A program made the translations under genes and the position numbers. Under the pieces are notes generated by a model. The model made no database searches and was not told the origin of the DNA. It saw nothing but the letters and a program-made list of their open reading frames with translations. Of a DNA stretch of 64,000 bases, positions 1 to 9,826 are shown in pieces (position 1 is the stretch's first letter; each line of letters opens with the position of its first letter). Source of the stretch: Alphaproteobacteria bacterium (lineage in GTDB: Bacteria; Pseudomonadota; Alphaproteobacteria; UBA8366; GCA-2717185); the NCBI GenBank assembly GCA_040905865.1, contig JBBDQU010000085.1:48295-112294 (forward strand). Direction: 5' to 3'.

Positions 1-1
1 G

Positions 2-259
2 GCCGACGGGATCGATCCGGACACGCTTGCCGGATGGACCGCCGCCCTTGGCTGGGAAATGCTGCTGAACCGGCGCGGCGCCACCTGGCGAAAACTCCCG
101 AACGCGGACCGGGAGAATATCGGAGCCGAATCCGCCGCCATACTGATGCTGGCTAATCCGACATTGATAAAGCGGCCGGTGTTCGACCTTGGTGGCGCAT
201 TCGTTGTCGGGTTCAAGGAAGCGGAGAAAGCGCGGATCCGCGAAGCACGATCCGCGTAA
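2..259 (+). CDS. ArsC/Spx-family (YffB-like) protein, 5' end outside window
   Basis: The frame is open from nt 2. The C-terminal ...LGWEMLLNRRGATWRKL...PTLIKRPVF...VVGF resembles the ArsC-family YffB-type C-terminus. Confidence 0.8.
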   Translation, partial: ADGIDPDTLAGWTAALGWEMLLNRRGATWRKLPNADRENIGAESAAILMLANPTLIKRPVFDLGGAFVVGFKEAEKARIREARSA

Positions 260-267
260 CGGGAACA

Positions 268-1233
268 ATGGATGTTTCCATTGCCCTGCCAGCATGCGAA
301 AATCACCGGATGACAGAACTCAATTTCTATAGCGGGGCAGGCGTTAATCGCGCCGGGCCGTTGCGTCCCGACACCGACTGGGTCCGGGGTCGGATGACAT
401 CGTCCGACGCAAGGATTCTGCCGGTCTGGCGGGAGAAGAACTTCATCGCTTTTGCGGATGGCTCACAAGGTGGACCGCTCATGGCGTGGATTACCGCCGC
501 CGACGCGGCGGCACTGGCCGGGGACAACCCGAACCTGATCCTGCTGGGCGAGCGGGACGGAACATCGTTTTTCGCCATAGATCTGTCGCATCTGGAAAAC
601 CCGGCGGCGTTGCCCGCGCTGTCGCATGGCCGGTTTGTCGGCCTGCGCGACGTCGGCGGCATGCTGGACCGGGCCGACGGCGCGCTCCTGGCTTATGCGA
701 AGGGACTGATTCACTGGCATGAACGGCATCCCTTCTGTTCGCGCTGCGGCAGCCGGTCGGACATCAAGGACGCCGGCCATGTCCGCGTCTGCGCCAATCC
801 GGACTGCGGGACATCGCATTTTCCCCGCACCGATCCCGCCGTCATCATGCTGGTGCACATGGGCGACCGCTGCGTTCTCGCGCATAACAGGCGCAATCCC
901 CAGAAAATGTTTTCCACGCTGGCAGGATTCGTCGAACCCGGCGAAAGCCTGGAGGAAGCAGTCGCCCGCGAAGTGGAGGAGGAAGTCGGCATCAGGGTCG
1001 GCAGCGTCCGCTACCACTCCTCCCAGCCCTGGCCGTTCCCGGGAAATATCATGCTCGGTTTCCACGCCGAGGCGGTGTCGACCGACATTGTCGTCCAGGA
1101 ATCCGAACTTGTCGAAGCACGCTGGTTCGAGAAAGAAAAGATACTCAACGCCGCCAAGTACGGGCTGCGGCTTTCAAGGCCGGAGTCAATATCCCGCCGA
1201 TTGATCGATGACTGGATGCATGACCGCGTATAA
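268..1233 (+). CDS. nudC: NADH pyrophosphatase (Nudix hydrolase NudC)
   Basis: Zn-ribbon CSRCG...CANPDCG is followed by the Nudix box GFVEPGESLEEAVAREVEEEVG and the SQPWPFP motif, collinear with E. coli NudC. The start may be the Met at 310. Confidence 0.9.
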   Translation: MDVSIALPACENHRMTELNFYSGAGVNRAGPLRPDTDWVRGRMTSSDARILPVWREKNFIAFADGSQGGPLMAWITAADAAALAGDNPNLILLGERDGTSFFAIDLSHLENPAALPALSHGRFVGLRDVGGMLDRADGALLAYAKGLIHWHERHPFCSRCGSRSDIKDAGHVRVCANPDCGTSHFPRTDPAVIMLVHMGDRCVLAHNRRNPQKMFSTLAGFVEPGESLEEAVAREVEEEVGIRVGSVRYHSSQPWPFPGNIMLGFHAEAVSTDIVVQESELVEARWFEKEKILNAAKYGLRLSRPESISRRLIDDWMHDRV

Positions 1234-1397
1234 TCCGCCATATGAATAACAGATGCGGCAAAGATAACGGATTTTAAAGATTTATCGGTGAGGCTGGACC
1301 CGGTACGGGGTTAATATCGGACGGCGCAGGATTTCCATTGGACAGATAGGTTTATTTACCCCATTATTCGACTGCCATAAGAACTAATGCATTGATA

Positions 1398-2195
1398 ATG
1401 AAACACTATTTTTCCTGTTGTTTGGCGGCTAAGGCGCGGCTGCGCATCGGCGTCATGTTCGCGGGACTGGTTTTCTCGGCATTCGGCGCCGCACAGCCGG
1501 CCCTGGCGGGTGACGCAATGCCGGCATCCTATGCCGATGAACGGAATATTGACCCGTTCGAGCCCGTTAACCGGGTATTTTTCCGGTTCAACCAGATTCT
1601 GGACGAACTGCTGCTCAAACCCGCGGCGCGCCTGTACATCATGGTTGTACCGGACGGCGGCCGTGTCATCGTGTCAAATGTCATCAATAACCTTAAATCG
1701 CCCGTCATCCTGGCAAATGATCTGCTGCAGGGCGACCTGGACCGGGCCCACAACACGATCGCGCGGTTCACAACGAACACAATTATAGGATTTGGCGGCA
1801 TGGGCGACGTCGCCGCCGATCTTGGCGCGCCGCGTCATAGCGAGGATTTCGGACAGACCCTTGCGGTCTACGGCGTCGGCCAGGGACCCTATGTCATGTT
1901 GCCGTTCTTCGGCCCGTCGACGATCCGTGATGCGGTCGGCCAGTTTGTCGATACGTTTTTTGACCCGCTCGGTTATGTGCTGAGCACCGAGGAATCGTTC
2001 GCCCGCGCCGGCATTGAAGGCCTGGACAAGCGCGCAAATTACCTCGATGCCAGCGAAGCCCTGGAAAAGACATCGATCGATTACTACGCATCGATCCGCA
2101 GCGTGTTCCTGCAGAACCGCGCCTATGAAATCCGCAATGGCGTTCCCGAACCGATTGTCGATATCTATGGCGACGCCCCCGGCTCCGGGAACTGA
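1398..2195 (+). CDS. mlaA: MlaA/VacJ-family lipoprotein
   Basis: VacJ-family motifs are present: DPFEPVNR..F.FN, NDLLQG, EDFGQTLAVYGVGQGPYVMLPFFGPSTIRD. ATG at 1398 lies inside the TTG-started ORF 1392. There is an N-terminal signal-like hydrophobic segment. Confidence 0.88.
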   Translation: MKHYFSCCLAAKARLRIGVMFAGLVFSAFGAAQPALAGDAMPASYADERNIDPFEPVNRVFFRFNQILDELLLKPAARLYIMVVPDGGRVIVSNVINNLKSPVILANDLLQGDLDRAHNTIARFTTNTIIGFGGMGDVAADLGAPRHSEDFGQTLAVYGVGQGPYVMLPFFGPSTIRDAVGQFVDTFFDPLGYVLSTEESFARAGIEGLDKRANYLDASEALEKTSIDYYASIRSVFLQNRAYEIRNGVPEPIVDIYGDAPGSGN

Positions 2196-2222
2196 ACCGC
2201 GGGCAATGACGAAAGCGCCGCC

Positions 2223-2822
2223 TTACCCCGGGGGTGTCAGCTCGCCAATCCGCGCCTCTATCGTTTCCACCAGGCGGTCGAAGCCCTCGCGCTGAATCAT
2301 TGCCGTATAGTCGGCCCGTAGCCGCGCCAGCTCACTGAACCGCGCATCCAGGAACACATCGATGATCCGCCAGTCGCCGTCGGCGGGGCGCAGCAGATAG
2401 TTCAGCGCGACGGGCGTTCCATCGGACCGGATCAGGTTTGTCTTCACAAGGACGGTATTCCGAACCGATTCTTCGTCGGATACGATTTCAAACTTTTCAC
2501 CGGAATAGCCGTCGAATCGCGCTGCATAGGTCGCGATGCTCATACGCTTGAAGGCATCGATCAATCGCTTCCGGTTGCTTTCGTCCAGTTCATTCCAGTA
2601 GCTGCCCACGGCAACCCGGGACATCAGCGAAAAGTCATACAGCCCCGTCATCACCGGCTGCAGCTTTGCGTAGCGGCCCTGAAAGCCAAGCGCATCGGCA
2701 TTCTGCATGACGTCGAGCAGTGTCGCGTTCAACTGCGCGATCCTGTCACGCGGTGATTCAGCGGCCGAAACCGGGCCCGCCAGCGATAACAGCAGCGCCG
2801 CTATACCGAATATCCGAAGCAT
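2223..2822 (-). CDS. hpnM: HpnM, hopanoid-associated MlaC/Ttg2D-family periplasmic protein
   Basis: It has a signal peptide and an MlaC/Ttg2D-like body (..FDFSLMSRVAVGSYWNEL.., ..DGDWRIIDVFLD..). It is divergent from hpnN inside the hopanoid cluster. Confidence 0.8.
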   Translation of the reverse strand: MLRIFGIAALLLSLAGPVSAAESPRDRIAQLNATLLDVMQNADALGFQGRYAKLQPVMTGLYDFSLMSRVAVGSYWNELDESNRKRLIDAFKRMSIATYAARFDGYSGEKFEIVSDEESVRNTVLVKTNLIRSDGTPVALNYLLRPADGDWRIIDVFLDARFSELARLRADYTAMIQREGFDRLVETIEARIGELTPPG

Positions 2823-2926
2823 CCTCGTTGCATTCCTTTCTGGCCGTCATCGACGCCGGCACTTATATGAAGGTTTCTGCTGACAGGTTATTGGTACTTT
2901 ACCAAAAAAGCGCCCCCGCCATACCG

Positions 2927-5530
2927 ATGAAAACCAGCTTCTCTTCAGAAAAGGTAACCGCGGTACAGCAGGCCTTTGCGGCCTGGACGCTGACCGTGGC
3001 GCGTCATGCCCGCAGCGTTATCGTCATTTGCGGGATTTTGACCGTCGCGGCGGCATGGTTTGCGGCCGGCAACCTCGCCATCGATACCAGTACGACGAAC
3101 ATGATTTCCGCGGAAACCCCGTTTCGGCAGAACGCCATCGCCTATGACCGGGCGTTCCCGCAGTTCAGCGACCTGATCGTCATTGTTGTCGATGCTCCCT
3201 CGTCTGATGCGGCAACCGCGATGGCAAAGGCATTGACCGGCGCGCTGCGCGGGAAAGGCGACCTGTTCAAGGGAATCGAATATCCGGAAGGCGATCCGTT
3301 TTTCAGGCGCGCGGGCCTGCTCTATCTGGACCTGGAATCGTTATCGGCGCTTGCCGACCGGCTGGCGGCAGCCGAACCGTTTCTGGCAACGCTCGCGCAT
3401 CAGCCAAACCTGAACGGGTTATTCGATTTTCTCGGACTCGCCCTGCGCAACGATGGCGCCGCCGGGGGAGCGGAACTGGCCGACCTGTTTCGCCGCGTTG
3501 ACGGCATCGTGGACGCGCATGTCGCGGACCGCCCGGCAATGCTGGCATGGCGCGACCTGATCGACGGCGAACGCAAGGACGGCGCGCGCCAGATCGTCCT
3601 GGCGCGGCCCAGGCTGGAGCATGGCGGGCTTTCCCCCGGTGCGGACGCACTTGCCGCAATCCGGCAAGCGGCCGCGGACCTCCGGGACGACGGGCTGCGG
3701 GACGTCACAGTCAGACTGACCGGATCTGTCGCGATTGCGGACGATGAACTGCGCAGCGTTGCGCTGGGCGGCGAGAAGGCGGGACTGCTGACGCTCGGCC
3801 TCGTGGTCCTGCTGGTGGTGATCGGCTTGCGGACCATCCGTTTGATCGTGCCCGCCATCGCGACCCTCGTTGTCGGGCTCATCTGGACAGCGGCCTTTGC
3901 CGCGCTGGCGGTCGGCCACCTGAACCTCATTTCAATTGCCTTCGCGGTCCTGTTTATCGGGCTCGGCGTCGATTTCAGCATCCATTACTGCCTGTACTAC
4001 CGCGAACGCGCCGCCCGCGACGCTACCGGCGCGCTGGTCGCCACGGGGTGCGGCGTCGGCGGATCGCTGGCGATCGGCGCGCTTTGCGCCGCGGCCGGGT
4101 TTCTGTCCTTCCTGCCGACGGACTACAAGGGCCTCGCCGAACTGGGCCTCATATCGGGGGGCGGCATGGCAATTGCGTTTTTTCTGAACATGACCCTGCT
4201 GCCGGCGATCCTGTCGCTGTTTCCCGGCAAACCGATTGAAACCGCAGCGCCCGGCGTCCCAACGGAACCGTTCACCGGGAAATATCACCGTCCGATACTG
4301 TGGATTGCGGCCGCCTGCGCGATACTGGCCGCCAGCGCCATGCCTTTCGCAAAATTCGACTTCAATCCTATGAACCTGAAGGACCCGACCAGCGAATCGG
4401 TATCCACCTTTCTGGATCTCGCGAATGATCCCCGAAACGGCGTGTACGCGATTGATGTCCTGGTTGCCGGCCTGGACCACGCGGCCCGGGAGGCGGAGCG
4501 GCTGAGCGCGTTGCCCGGCGTCGGGACCGCCGTGACCCTCAACAGCCTTGTTCCGGAGGATCAGGCGGAAAAACTGACCGTCATCGACGACATGGCTTAC
4601 TTTCTGGGTCCGGTGCTGACGGCGCCGGCCGCGGACCAGCCCGCCGCCGGTTCGTTTGCCGAATCCCTGGAAGATTTCAGGCGCACGGCCGCCACGTTCC
4701 TGGCCGGCGATCCCGGCGGGCCGCTTGCCGACGCCGTGGCGCAGCTCGACCGCGCCCTGTCGTCCGTCGACCCGGCCAACGCCGCGCGCCTCCAGGATCT
4801 CGACCGCAGGCTGACAGGATATCTTCCCGGGCTGCTGGACGACCTGCGTCTCGCGCTGGAAGCAGGCCCTGTCTCGGTGGATGACATTCCGCCGCACATC
4901 CGTCGGAACTGGCTCACCAATGACGGCGTTGCGCGGATACAGCTGCAACCCGCAAAGCCTGTTCGATCGAACGACGAATTGCGGCAATTCGCGGCGACCG
5001 TTCTGGCAGCGGCGCCGAATGCCGTTGGAACGCCGGTTACGATTTCCGAGGCGGGCGACGCCGTCGTATCCGCGTTCCGGGAGGCGTCGATTATCGCCTT
5101 TGTGCTGGTTTCCGCGATTCTGATCGTCCTGCTGCGCGGTATCGCACGGTCCTTTCTGGTTCTGCTGCCGCTCTCGCTCGCGGCCGTGCTGACCGGCGGC
5201 ACCTCCGTCGCGCTGAACCTGCCCTTCAATTTTGCCAATATTATCGTCCTGCCGCTGTTGTTCGGTCTTGGCGTCGCCAGCGGCGTTCACATGGTCATGC
5301 GGGAGCAGGCGGCGAACAGGGCAATCGACATCATGCAAACCAGCACGCCGCGTGCCGTGCTGTTCAGCGCATTGACGACAATCGCATCCTTCGGCAGCCT
5401 CGCGCTGTCGGGACATCTTGGCATGACCAGCATGGGCCAGCTCCTGACCATCGCCATCGGCTATACGCTGGTCTGCATGCTGCTCGTCCTGCCCGCCATG
5501 ATGGCCTGGCGCGACCGGCGCAGCCCATAA
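2927..5530 (+). CDS. hpnN: HpnN, hopanoid-associated RND-type transporter
   Basis: 867 aa with two 6-TM bundles separated by large soluble domains (MMPL/RND architecture), located next to hpnM. The ORF track begins at 2720. ATG 2927 (or 2867) removes the overlap with hpnM. Confidence 0.85.
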   Translation: MKTSFSSEKVTAVQQAFAAWTLTVARHARSVIVICGILTVAAAWFAAGNLAIDTSTTNMISAETPFRQNAIAYDRAFPQFSDLIVIVVDAPSSDAATAMAKALTGALRGKGDLFKGIEYPEGDPFFRRAGLLYLDLESLSALADRLAAAEPFLATLAHQPNLNGLFDFLGLALRNDGAAGGAELADLFRRVDGIVDAHVADRPAMLAWRDLIDGERKDGARQIVLARPRLEHGGLSPGADALAAIRQAAADLRDDGLRDVTVRLTGSVAIADDELRSVALGGEKAGLLTLGLVVLLVVIGLRTIRLIVPAIATLVVGLIWTAAFAALAVGHLNLISIAFAVLFIGLGVDFSIHYCLYYRERAARDATGALVATGCGVGGSLAIGALCAAAGFLSFLPTDYKGLAELGLISGGGMAIAFFLNMTLLPAILSLFPGKPIETAAPGVPTEPFTGKYHRPILWIAAACAILAASAMPFAKFDFNPMNLKDPTSESVSTFLDLANDPRNGVYAIDVLVAGLDHAAREAERLSALPGVGTAVTLNSLVPEDQAEKLTVIDDMAYFLGPVLTAPAADQPAAGSFAESLEDFRRTAATFLAGDPGGPLADAVAQLDRALSSVDPANAARLQDLDRRLTGYLPGLLDDLRLALEAGPVSVDDIPPHIRRNWLTNDGVARIQLQPAKPVRSNDELRQFAATVLAAAPNAVGTPVTISEAGDAVVSAFREASIIAFVLVSAILIVLLRGIARSFLVLLPLSLAAVLTGGTSVALNLPFNFANIIVLPLLFGLGVASGVHMVMREQAANRAIDIMQTSTPRAVLFSALTTIASFGSLALSGHLGMTSMGQLLTIAIGYTLVCMLLVLPAMMAWRDRRSP

Positions 5531-5663
5531 GCATCTGTTTTACATGGACGCACAGGAATATCCCGCGTAAAACAGGCCCCGCCCTTCGGATTGCGTGTCA
5601 AAAAGCCGAAATCGGGCCGTTACAGGCCTGAAACGGAACCCCCTGCTCGCGAAGATTTCCGCC

Positions 5664-6407
5664 ATGAAAGCTGTCATGCTTGCCGCCGGAGTCGGCTCAC
5701 GGCTCGAAAAGGAAACCGGTTTTCCCCCGAAGACGCTGCTCCGCTTCGGCGGAAAGACCCTGCTGCAGCGTCACGCCGAAATCCTGAAATACCTGGGATT
5801 CGACGAACTGGTCATGGGCGTCGGCTATCAGGCCGAGCGTATCCGCGCGGAAATCGCGGCCATCGGCGCCGGCGATTTCGTGCGCACCGTGGATTGCCCG
5901 GATCACGCGAAGGGCGCACCGTATACCCTATGGGGTCTGCGGGCGGAATTCACCGGACCGACAGTCTTCATGGACGGCGATGTCCTGTACGACCACCGGC
6001 TGATGGCCAGGCTGGTGAATTCGCGCCATCAGACCTGTTTCGCCATGGACCGGAACGTCCGGCCGGGCGACGATCCTGTGAAGATATGCTTCAAGGACGG
6101 CCGGATAGTGGATTTTCACAAGATGCCGACCGCCCCTTTCGATACGTTTCACGAATGGATCGGCTTTCTGCGCCTGTCCGCGGATATCGCGCGCCGGGTC
6201 GAACCGGCCCTGCGCCCCTATATCGAAGCGGGGCGGACCGATTTCATTTACGAGCAAGCCTTCCGCGACATCCTGTACGCATCGCCCGACGGAACCTTTG
6301 CCACAGAAGACATTACCGGCCTTCCCTGGACTGAAATCGATTTCCCGCATGACCTGGTTTATGCCGAAAAGACCATTTTCCCCCGGCTGGAGCCGCTGCC
6401 CGCATGA
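5664..6407 (+). CDS. Nucleotidyltransferase (LicC/GlmU-N-like NTP-transferase fold)
   Basis: The N-terminal MKAVMLAAGVGSRL is a G-rich NTP-binding loop. The C-terminal ...GLPWTEIDFPHDL resembles LicC-type cytidylyltransferases. The start was chosen at ATG 5664 within ORF 5595. Confidence 0.75.
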   Translation: MKAVMLAAGVGSRLEKETGFPPKTLLRFGGKTLLQRHAEILKYLGFDELVMGVGYQAERIRAEIAAIGAGDFVRTVDCPDHAKGAPYTLWGLRAEFTGPTVFMDGDVLYDHRLMARLVNSRHQTCFAMDRNVRPGDDPVKICFKDGRIVDFHKMPTAPFDTFHEWIGFLRLSADIARRVEPALRPYIEAGRTDFIYEQAFRDILYASPDGTFATEDITGLPWTEIDFPHDLVYAEKTIFPRLEPLPA

Positions 6408-6519
6408 CGGTCCGGCGCAGGATATCGCCCCCGTGCGATCAGCGCCTTGCCCGCCCGGCAGCGGATTTATGGCGCAACGCCATTGGCTGGTTCACGGCGA
6501 ATGATTTTCCGGTGCGCCG

Positions 6520-7500
6520 ATGAAGTGGTCCATCCTCATCGGCCTGATCCTCGGCGGCGGGCTGTTTACCGCCTTGATCGCCTGGTATGGCGCGGCGGAT
6601 ATCCTGGCCGGCGCCATCGCCATCGGCTGGGGCATTCTGCTGGTTGTCCTGTTCCGCATCGCGTTGCTCGTCATCGACATGCTTTCCTGGCATGTCCTGA
6701 TTCCCCGGGAGAAGCGGATTTCCGTCGGCCGTCTTTTCTGGATCCGCTGGATTGCCGATTCCGTGAATACCCTGCTGCCTGTCGCGCGGATCGGGGGAGA
6801 ATTCCTGCGCGCGTTCCTGTTGCACCGCCGGGGCATCGAGGGGCCGATTGCCGGCGCAAGCGTCATGGTAGACCTTACCGCCGGAATTCTGGCCCAGTTC
6901 ATTTTCTCCGTTGTCGGCGTCATGGCCTTCGCGGCCATCGTCGGGGGCGGCCAGGACACGATTGTAAATCTTGCAATCGGACTCTCCCTGTTCGGCGCCG
7001 GGCTGGTCGGGTTTTACGTTGTGCAGCAAACCGGCCCGTTTTTGCGGCTCGCCAGGCTGATGGAACGTTTTGCCAGCGTTAATGCCTGGACATCGATCAC
7101 CGGCGGAGCCGCCGCACTGGATGCCGCGGTCATCGCGATGTACCGGCAGCGGCGCGCCACCACCCTGTGCTGCTTCTGGCGCATTATCGGCTGGGTCGCG
7201 GGAACCGGCGAGGTCTGGCTGATCCTGATGTTTCTGGGCCACCCGGTTACCCTGACGGAAGCCTTCGTGCTGGAAAGCCTCAGCCAGGCGGCCCGCAGCG
7301 CCGGGTTCATGATCCCCGGCGGCCTGGGGATTCAGGAAGGCGGACTTATCCTGATCGGAGGCTTCATTGGCCTGACGCCGGAACTGGCGCTCACGCTTTC
7401 ACTGATCAAGCGCGGGCGCGAATTGATTATCGGGATACCCGGCCTGGTCGCCTGGCAGATAGACGAGGGGCGCAACCTGTGGCGGCGACGGCATTCGTGA
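6520..7500 (+). CDS. hpnL: HpnL, UPF0104/LPG-synthase-TM (flippase-like) membrane protein
   Basis: Polytopic membrane protein with the ...NTLLPVARIGGEFLRAFLL... motif typical of UPF0104, in hopanoid cluster context. Confidence 0.75.
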   Translation: MKWSILIGLILGGGLFTALIAWYGAADILAGAIAIGWGILLVVLFRIALLVIDMLSWHVLIPREKRISVGRLFWIRWIADSVNTLLPVARIGGEFLRAFLLHRRGIEGPIAGASVMVDLTAGILAQFIFSVVGVMAFAAIVGGGQDTIVNLAIGLSLFGAGLVGFYVVQQTGPFLRLARLMERFASVNAWTSITGGAAALDAAVIAMYRQRRATTLCCFWRIIGWVAGTGEVWLILMFLGHPVTLTEAFVLESLSQAARSAGFMIPGGLGIQEGGLILIGGFIGLTPELALTLSLIKRGRELIIGIPGLVAWQIDEGRNLWRRRHS

Positions 7501-7693
7501 ACCATTATGGCGTCATTCGCAAGGCACGGAGGAGCCCGCGGCCTGCCGTTTGGCGGCTGGACCCTGTCGCGGTACCTGCGCGACAGGATTTCGGCAAAAC
7601 AGCTTGTAACCGTGCCTCCTTGAGGCATATCTCACTTCATGTTAGTTAGCGCCATGGTGAGAATTTCATGCCAGCGCATCGGAAAGGTAGGCG

Positions 7694-8638
7694 ATGAGTA
7701 AAAAGCCCTTAAAGGTCCTGCTGGCCCAGCCGAGGGGCTTTTGCGCCGGGGTCGTGCGCGCCGTCGATATTGTCGAGCGCGCGCTCGAAAAGTTCGGCAA
7801 GCCCGTCTATGTCCGGCATGAAATCGTTCACAACAAACATGTCGTCGAGACCCTGAAAAGCAAGGGCGCCATCTTCGTCGAGGAAGTCGACGAAATTCCG
7901 GAAGGCGCCGTCACGATCTTCAGCGCCCACGGCGTATCGCAGAAGGTCGAGGGCGACGCCGTCGGGCGGTTCCTGGAGGTCATCGACGCGACATGCCCCC
8001 TGGTCAGCAAGGTTCACAAGGAAGCCCAGCGTTATTCGCGCAGCGGATACGAAATCGTGCTTATCGGCCATCGCGGCCACCCCGAAGTCGAAGGCACGAT
8101 GGGCCAGGTACCGGGAACGGTGCATCTGGTCAGCCGGAAAGAGGATGTGGCGGGCCTCAAGACAACCGATTCGGGCAAACTCGCCTACGTCACCCAGACA
8201 ACGCTGAGCGTGGATGACACAAGGGATATCATCACCGCCCTGCGGACGCGCTTTCCGAAGATCGTCGGGCCGGATGTGAAGGATATCTGTTACGCGACGC
8301 AGAACCGCCAGAGCGTCGTCCGCGAAATGGTCCGGCACGCCGATGTCATCCTGGTCATCGGAGCGGATTACAGTTCAAATTCCAACCGGCTGCGCGAAAT
8401 CGGCCAGGAATCCGGCGTCCCGAGCTACCTGTTACCCGACGCATCGGCGCTCGACCCCGCTTGGCTCGAGAACGTCGGGACGGTCGGCATCACGGCCGGC
8501 GCATCGGCGCCCGAGGAACTGGTGCAGGGACTCATCCAGCGACTCGGCGACAGCTTCGAGGTCGATGTCCAGAACCTCGAAACCGTCAAGGAAAACATCC
8601 ACTTCAAATTGCCGCGCGAACTGATGGCAACCGCTTAA
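7694..8638 (+). CDS. ispH: 4-hydroxy-3-methylbut-2-enyl diphosphate reductase
   Basis: [15 protein letters not shown]..., HEIVHN, the conserved Cys trio context and full-length collinearity with IspH/LytB. Confidence 0.95.
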   Translation: MSKKPLKVLLAQPRGFCAGVVRAVDIVERALEKFGKPVYVRHEIVHNKHVVETLKSKGAIFVEEVDEIPEGAVTIFSAHGVSQKVEGDAVGRFLEVIDATCPLVSKVHKEAQRYSRSGYEIVLIGHRGHPEVEGTMGQVPGTVHLVSRKEDVAGLKTTDSGKLAYVTQTTLSVDDTRDIITALRTRFPKIVGPDVKDICYATQNRQSVVREMVRHADVILVIGADYSSNSNRLREIGQESGVPSYLLPDASALDPAWLENVGTVGITAGASAPEELVQGLIQRLGDSFEVDVQNLETVKENIHFKLPRELMATA

Positions 8639-8667
8639 TCTCCGTACAAACCCCAACAGGAAAAACT

Positions 8668-9816
8668 GTGGCAGTACCTCTCATTCAGCAATTGCGCGTC
8701 GGCGCCTATGTTGTGAAACAGCGGATCAAGGGCGTCAAAAAATATCCACTGGTCCTGATGCTGGAGCCCCTGTTCCGATGCAATCTCGCCTGTCCCGGCT
8801 GTGGCAAGATCGACTATCCCGACGATATCCTGAACCGCCGGCTGAGCGTGGATGAATGTATAGAAGCCGTTGAGGAATGCGGCGCCCCGATCGTGTCGAT
8901 ACCCGGCGGCGAACCGCTGATCCACAAGGAAATCAAGGAAATCGTCGATGCGCTGATTGCGCGCAAGAAATTCATCTATCTGTGCACGAATGCGCTGCTG
9001 CTTGAAAAGAAGCTGCACCTCTTCAAGCCGAGCCCCTATCTGACGTTCTCCATCCATCTGGACGGGCTGGAAGCGGATCACGACCGGGCCGTCGACCGGA
9101 AGGGCGTCTTCCAGATCGCGACCCGGGCTATCGTAAAGGCGCGGGATGCCGGGTTCCGGGTCAATGTGAACTGCACCCTGTTCGACGGGGCCCAGGCGGA
9201 AGATGTCGCCGCCTTTTTCGACTACGGCATGTCGCTCGGCGTCGAGGGGATAACGGTTTCGCCGGGCTATGCCTATGAACGCGCGCCCGACCAGACGCAT
9301 TTCCTGTCGCGGCAGAAAACCAAACAGTTGTTCCGTAATGTGTTCAGGCTTGGGAAGGGACGGAACTGGCGTTTCAGCCAGTCGACCCTTTTCCTCGACT
9401 TTCTTGCCGGAAATCAGGAATACCAGTGCACCCCCTGGGGCAATCCGACCCGTAACGTCTTCGGGTGGCAACGCCCGTGTTATCTGTTGGGCGAGGGATA
9501 CGCCCCCAGCTACAAGGCCCTGATGGCGGAAACCGACTGGGAGTCCTACGGGACCGGCAAATACGAAAAATGCGCCGAGTGCATGGTGCATTGCGGATAT
9601 GAAGCCACGGCCGTGATGGACACGATTGCCCACCCGATGAAAGCGCTGAAAACATTCATAAAGGGCCCGGAACTGGACGGCCCGATGGCGCCGGAAATCT
9701 CGCTCGAAAACCAGCGGCCGGCCGAATATATCTTCGAATCGAATGTGCAGAAGACGCTGACCCAGTTGCACGCTGAAGCGGAAGAACGGGCGCGGGGGCG
9801 CAGCGACGCGGCCTGA
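8668..9816 (+). CDS. hpnH: Adenosylhopane synthase HpnH (radical SAM)
   Basis: Radical-SAM CNLACPGC motif after the conserved N-terminus VAVPLIQQLRVGAYVVKQ. GTG start at 8668, in frame within ORF 8461. 382 aa. Confidence 0.9.
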   Translation: MAVPLIQQLRVGAYVVKQRIKGVKKYPLVLMLEPLFRCNLACPGCGKIDYPDDILNRRLSVDECIEAVEECGAPIVSIPGGEPLIHKEIKEIVDALIARKKFIYLCTNALLLEKKLHLFKPSPYLTFSIHLDGLEADHDRAVDRKGVFQIATRAIVKARDAGFRVNVNCTLFDGAQAEDVAAFFDYGMSLGVEGITVSPGYAYERAPDQTHFLSRQKTKQLFRNVFRLGKGRNWRFSQSTLFLDFLAGNQEYQCTPWGNPTRNVFGWQRPCYLLGEGYAPSYKALMAETDWESYGTGKYEKCAECMVHCGYEATAVMDTIAHPMKALKTFIKGPELDGPMAPEISLENQRPAEYIFESNVQKTLTQLHAEAEERARGRSDAA

Positions 9817-9826
9817 CCGGATCTGG

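Noticed and set aside
2720-2926. The ORF track gives N-terminal extensions to several genes: hpnN from 2720, shc to 12876, hpnE to 13940, the second COG4671-like GT from 26960, the DppC-like permease from 34092, hemW from 53266 and hpnH from 8461.
   Set aside because: The extensions overlap neighbouring genes and are Arg/Pro-rich. Internal starts give lengths and N-termini that match the families and often create ATGA/GTGA coupling.
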